From the NCBI RefSeq assembly GCF_009914755.1, contig NC_060926.1: 64,000 bases of DNA; one strand, given 5' to 3'. Shown piece by piece: positions 58,760 through 64,000 of this stretch. The notes under the pieces were generated by a model that saw only the letters and a list, made by a program, of their open reading frames with translations, did no database searches and was not told the DNA's origin. Source of the DNA: the human T2T-CHM13v2.0 reference genome, Homo sapiens. The position numbers were made by a program, and so were the translations under genes. The number at the start of each line of letters is the position of its first letter. Position 1 is the stretch's first letter.

Positions 58760-61175
58760 ACTACACATTCACAGCCAATTGATTTTTGACAATAGTGTCA
58801 AAAACATATATTGGGAAAATAACTCTCTTCAATAAATGTGCTGGGAAAACTAGATATCCATATGCATAAGAATCAAGCTAGACCTCTCTTTCTCACCATA
58901 CACCAAAATCAATTCAAAATGGGTTAGTGATTTAAATGTAATAGTGAATACTCTGAAGCTACTAGAGGATACATAGGGGAAACACTTGAGGACATTGGTC
59001 TGGGGAAAGATTTTTCTGGCTAAGACCTCAATAACACAGACACCAAAAGCAAATGTAGAAAAATGGAATTGCATCAAACTAAAAAGCTTCTGCACAGTAA
59101 AGGAAACAACCAACAGAGTGAAGAGACGAGCTACAGAATGGGATAAAATATTTGCAAACTATACATCTGACAAAGGAATAATATCCAGAAAATATAAGGA
59201 ACTCAATTCAATAGCAAATAAACCAAGTAATCCAACTGAAAAATGGGCAAATGATCGGAAATAACATTTTTCAAAAGAAGGCATACACATGGCCAATAGG
59301 TATATTTTAAAAATGCCCATCACTAATCATCAAAAAACTTTAAAGCAGAACCACATTGAGATATCACCTCACCCCAGTTAAAATGGCTATTATTAAAACT
59401 CAAGGTAAGTTAAAGACTTAAACGTAACACCTAACATCATAAAAATTCTAGAAGAAAATCTGGGCAATACAATTCAGGACACAGGCATGAGCAAACCCTT
59501 CATGTCTAAAACACCAAAAGCAATGGCAACAAAAGCTAAAATTGGCAAACGGGATCTAATTAAACTAAAGAGCTTCTGCCCAGCAAAAGAAACTATCATC
59601 ACAGTGAACAGGCAACCTACAGAATAGGAGAAAATTTCTGCAATCTATCCATCTGACAAACGGCTAATATCCAGAATCTACAAAGAACTTAAATTTACAA
59701 GAAAAAAATAACCCCATCAAAAAGTAGGCAAAGGATATGAACAGACACTTCTCAAAATAAGACGTTTATGCAGCCAACAAACATATGAAAAAATGGTCAT
59801 CATCACTGGCCACTAGAGAAATGCAAATCAAAACCGCAATGAGATACCATCTCACGCCAGTTAGAATGGTGATCATTAAAAAAATCAGGAAAAACAGATG
59901 CTGGAGAGGATGTGGAGAAATAGGAACACTTTTCCACTGTTGGTGGGAGTGTAAATTAGTTCAACTATTGTGGAAGACAGTGTGGCAATTCCTCAAGGAT
60001 CTAGAACTAGAAATACCATTTGACCCAGCAATCCCATTACTGGGTATATACCCAAAAGATTATAAATCAGGCTACTATAAAGACACATGCACACATATGT
60101 GTATTGCAGCACTATTCACAATAGGAAAGACTTGGAACCAGCCAAAATGCCCATCAATGATAGACTGGATAAAGAAAATGTGGCACATATACACCATGGA
60201 ATATCATGCAGCCATAAAAAAGGATGAGTTTTTGTCCTTTGCAGGGACATGGATGAAGCTGGAAACCATTATTCTCAGCAAACTAACACAGGAACAGAAT
60301 ACCAAACACAGCATGTTCTCATTCATAAGTGGGAGTTGAACAATGAGAACACATGGACAAACAGAGGGGAACATCACATACCAGAACGTGTTGGAGGGTG
60401 GGGGCCTAGGGGAGAGATAGCTTTAAGAGAAATACCTAATGTAGGTGATGGGTTGATGGGTGCAGCAAACCACCATGGCATGTGTATACTGATGTAATAA
60501 AACTGCACGTTCTGCACATGTGCTCCAGAACTTAAAGTATAATAAAATAAATACATAAATAAATAAATAGACAAAAGTAACAAATACTCGTGAGGAAAAG
60601 GAGAAAAGGGAGCTCTCACACACTGTTGGTGGCAATGTAAATTAGCAGAGCCATTATGAAAAACAATACAAAGATTTCTCAAAAAATGAAAAATAGAAAT
60701 ACCATATTATCCAGCAATCTCATTACTGAGTATATATCAAAAAGACAGGAAATAAGTATGCCAAAGAGATATCTTTGTTTATTGCAGCACTATTCACAGT
60801 AGCCAAGACATGAAATTAAACTGTGTCCATCAACAAATGAATGGATAAAAAAAATGAGACATACATACACAAGGGAATATTATTCACCCACCAAAAAGAA
60901 TTAAACGATGTCATCTGTAGCAACATGGATGACCTTGGAGTTCATTATGTTAAGTGAAATGAGCCAGGCACAAAAATGTTTGTTTACATTCTCTGTAGAT
61001 TTATACTGGGAACTTAAAAAGTTGATGTCATAGAAGTAAAGAGTAGAATAGTAATTACCAGAGGCTAAGGAATGGAGGGAATAAAAGGAATAGGGATTAA
61101 TTGGTACAAAATTACAGTTAGACAGGAGGAATAAGTTTTAGTGTTCTGTAACACAGTTTGTAACTAGAGTTGTAT
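58760..61175 (+). mobile_element. L1MA-type ORF2 C-terminus and 3' UTR, interrupted by a younger L1
   Basis: ORF 58986-59264 (KLKSFCTVKETTNRVKR); L1MA 3' UTR 'ggtacaaaattacagttagacaggaggaataagttttagtgttct'. Confidence 0.88.
59397..60568 (+). mobile_element. 5'-truncated L1PA7/8-like element nested in L1MA
   Basis: ORF 59785-60339 is the ORF2 C-terminus; 3' UTR 'gtaggtgatgggttgatggg'; (AAAT)n tail; the host resumes 'gacaaaagtaacaaatact'. Confidence 0.92.
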
Positions 61176-62641
61176 TATAATAGTTTATTTTCTTTCTACT
61201 GAACCATGCTCTCTGTAAAGATCTGAATCTTTTCATCACTGTATCTCAAGACCTTGCTATTTTGCCTGATGTTTGGTAGCTGACCGCTAAACATTTGTTG
61301 ATGGAATAAATAGTCTTGCTATGAGGCAGGGACACATGCCCTACCAACACTATACATTATAAATATAAAGTGGGGATTATTGGGAAAGTGTTACAAACAC
61401 AGACATAGAAGATAACATACTATCCTCTGAGCTCTCAGCGTGCAGAGTTGTACTTAGGTCAGGAATAAAGAACCTGGCATAGCATGAAATAAGTTTATTA
61501 GAGTAACATGTCTCCTTAACGTTACATATTTATATACAAATGGAAAAGTGAACTCCTAGACAACGTTGTAATACCTAAAACTTTGATTGAGAAAGCAGCC
61601 AGTTAGAAAATAAAAGGCTCTGGCATTAGCCTTTTAAATGCGCCAATTCTTATATTGACCTCAGATGAGCAATTCAGCATTATGTTACTAAATGAGGGGA
61701 GGAACTAAATTTCCAAAACCAACTTTTGTTTCCTCCCATCAGGAATATTCTCCATTTCAAGAAAGCATCACTTCCTGTGTGTGAAACACTCTCTGCTTTC
61801 TTGTGGGTGTGCACTCTTCAATTTGTTTAGACTAAGCTGCAGATAAATTAGGACTTAAGGGATTCTTTTAAATATTCAGTAAGAAATAAGAGGAAGAGAA
61901 TTTTAAGTATTTAGTCTGGCAGTGAGAACTTCTCTGGAATATTTTAAAGCATTACATTTAATTGGCTTCCTAAGTATAGGTACCAGTTTTGTTTTGTTTT
62001 GTTTTTTTCTTGCAAACATGTTGTATTGTATACACACACACAACATACACATATTTTTCTCTGTTTATTCTTTATAATAGGAAGTTCAAAAGATAAAAGT
62101 GGGTAATTCCTGCGAGAAGCAATTTGGGTCAAAGATATGCATTAGAAGAGAGATAGGCAGAAAAATCCCTTTTGAGATTTGTGAAGTTTGCCTCTGGTCT
62201 TGAAATTGTCATGTGTGAGAATTAACTCTTGCCATTTGTATAAATTATTAGGTATTCAGATGAGTGATCAATGAAGTCAATACAATTTAATGTCTCTCTC
62301 AGGGTTTTGAAAAATACAGAAAGGAGACATTTGTTTGCAAAGTATAAAACTTACAAAGAAAATTAGAATAATTGAAAGATGAGAAGTCCTGGGACCTAAT
62401 ATTAGCGTCCTTCCTAGTAGTCTAGATGTCAATGTGTACATTTATCTCCCCAGGGCTGAACAAATAGGAATATCTTTAAAATAAGATTCTATGACCAATG
62501 GCAACTTAAACTTTTCTTAAAATTGTTAGTTTATCTGGTGCAATGCAAACTCTTTTTATTATGTTGTCAGTTTGTAGACAGAATGTGTGTGTGTTTCATT
62601 AATTAGCTAGAATTTTTCAGAACCTAAAACTTGATCAATGC

Positions 62642-62825
62642 AAATAAATAAATACATAAATACATAAATATATTTATTTATAAAGAAATAAATATATATT
62701 TATTTATAAAGAAATAAAGAAATAAATATATATTTATTTATAAAGAAATAAAGAAATAAATATATATTTATTTATAAAGAAATAAAGAAATAAATATATA
62801 CTTATTTATAAAGAATAATATATAA
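62642..62825. repeat. AT-rich 34-bp minisatellite (~4 units) with a 20-bp palindrome in each unit
   Basis: Unit aaataaatatatatttatttataaagaaataaag starts at 62686, 62720, 62754 and 62788. Confidence 0.92.
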
Positions 62826-64000
62826 ATTTAGAAGGAAATTAAACAATTTCAAACTTTTAAAGCTGATTTTTGTATATGTTTTACATTCAGTCTTTTATAT
62901 GTTAGTATCTTTAATCATATAGAAAATGATTGGCATAATATTACATAAAGCTTATAAAAACTTCTGTAGCATGACCTCAAAAACATTAAAATGAGATAGG
63001 TAACAACACCATAAGCCTAGAAAACCCATCTGAATGTTGACCATGTTTAAACCTGGGTTATGTGATTATGGACAACTTTTAATTTTTTAACATATCTATG
63101 CTGTATTTTTATATCTCCACTTTAAAAATTTCAAAGTCTTTAAAATTAGCCTGTATTATTTGGGATTCAGAAAATATCTTTTTAAAAAACGCAGCATATT
63201 TCATGTATTATTTTTCAACTTGCTATTTTTTCAATAAAGACAGGCCTAGGGTATATTAGTGAGAAATATGTGGGACGAGATGCCATGTTTCTACCAATTT
63301 GACACTGAACCTCTGCGATTGAATGAGCTTACTTACTTTTGCTGCCATGGAGACCCACTAGTCACATTCGTATAAAATGTGAATGTGGGAAAGGTGCTGT
63401 AAGAAGATTCTTCTACATTCCCTTGACAAAATGCAGGATAAACAATGCTTGAAATAAAATGTTAGAAGGCAAAATTGAAATCCAATGAATGTGCTACTAA
63501 CTACAAGTAACTTCTGCCTTCAGGTGGCAGTTTATCAAAGGCGTCGCAGGATCACATAACGCTTTCCAAAGAGACCAAAAAATGAGGGAAAATGCCAAGT
63601 GAAGAACTGGAAAAGAAGTTTGAGAAACTACTTCAATTTTAGTTGCAATAGAAGCAATAATGTATACTCATATTTCTATTATAATTTTTATTGTTATATA
63701 ATTAGTGTTGCTATCAGCCAGCACTATTCAAAGGTAGAAGTGGATTTCTTCCCTATAGACAATAAGTTCCCTCTCACTATGTGTATTGAAACATCTGCAA
63801 TGTCACTTGATGGGATGTTCTGGGAGGATAAAGGTAATCAGGCAATAATTGAAACATCTTGTTGTTGTTGGGTTTTAGGTACTGTTCACATATTTCTGTA
63901 TTTCCATGCATTCTTACATCTATTTTAAAAAATCTACTGAGATAAGAATAATTTTTGTCTTTTAAAAGATGAGAATATTGGACCTTAGCTAATTATTGGG

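Noticed and set aside
59785-60339. 184-aa ORF as a gene
   Set aside because: It is the L1 ORF2 C-terminal region of a 5'-truncated copy.
62642-62825. Regularly spaced palindromic repeats as a CRISPR-like array
   Set aside because: The spacers are identical low-complexity sequence, the context is human and there are no cas genes. It is a minisatellite.

Overview
AT-rich human genomic DNA; a near-consensus AluYb8, a human-specific subfamily, sits at 43014-43323. The window is dominated by interspersed repeats: old and young LINE-1, Alu, L2, MIR, MaLR/ERVL/ERV1 LTRs, and hAT and Tigger DNA transposons. I find no recognisable host protein-coding gene, RNA gene or CpG island. The longest ORFs are L1 ORF2 relics, and the rest are repeat-derived or unremarkable short frames. 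I found no new gene-level biological system. The real signals are mechanistic. (1) An L1PA2-type insertion at 2238-4140 combines a twin-priming 5' inversion with a ~330-bp 3' transduction inside one 15-bp TSD. (2) An old mosaic of direct and inverted local duplications spans 6.9-9.3 kb. (3) There are several small templated-insertion scars, including a 46-bp self-copied inverted insert in an L1 3' UTR. (4) Two L1-in-L1 nested insertions are present. (5) An AT-rich 34-bp minisatellite is built from 20-bp perfect palindromes. Subfamily names come from remembered consensus diagnostics rather than a search, and boundaries of old repeats are approximate.
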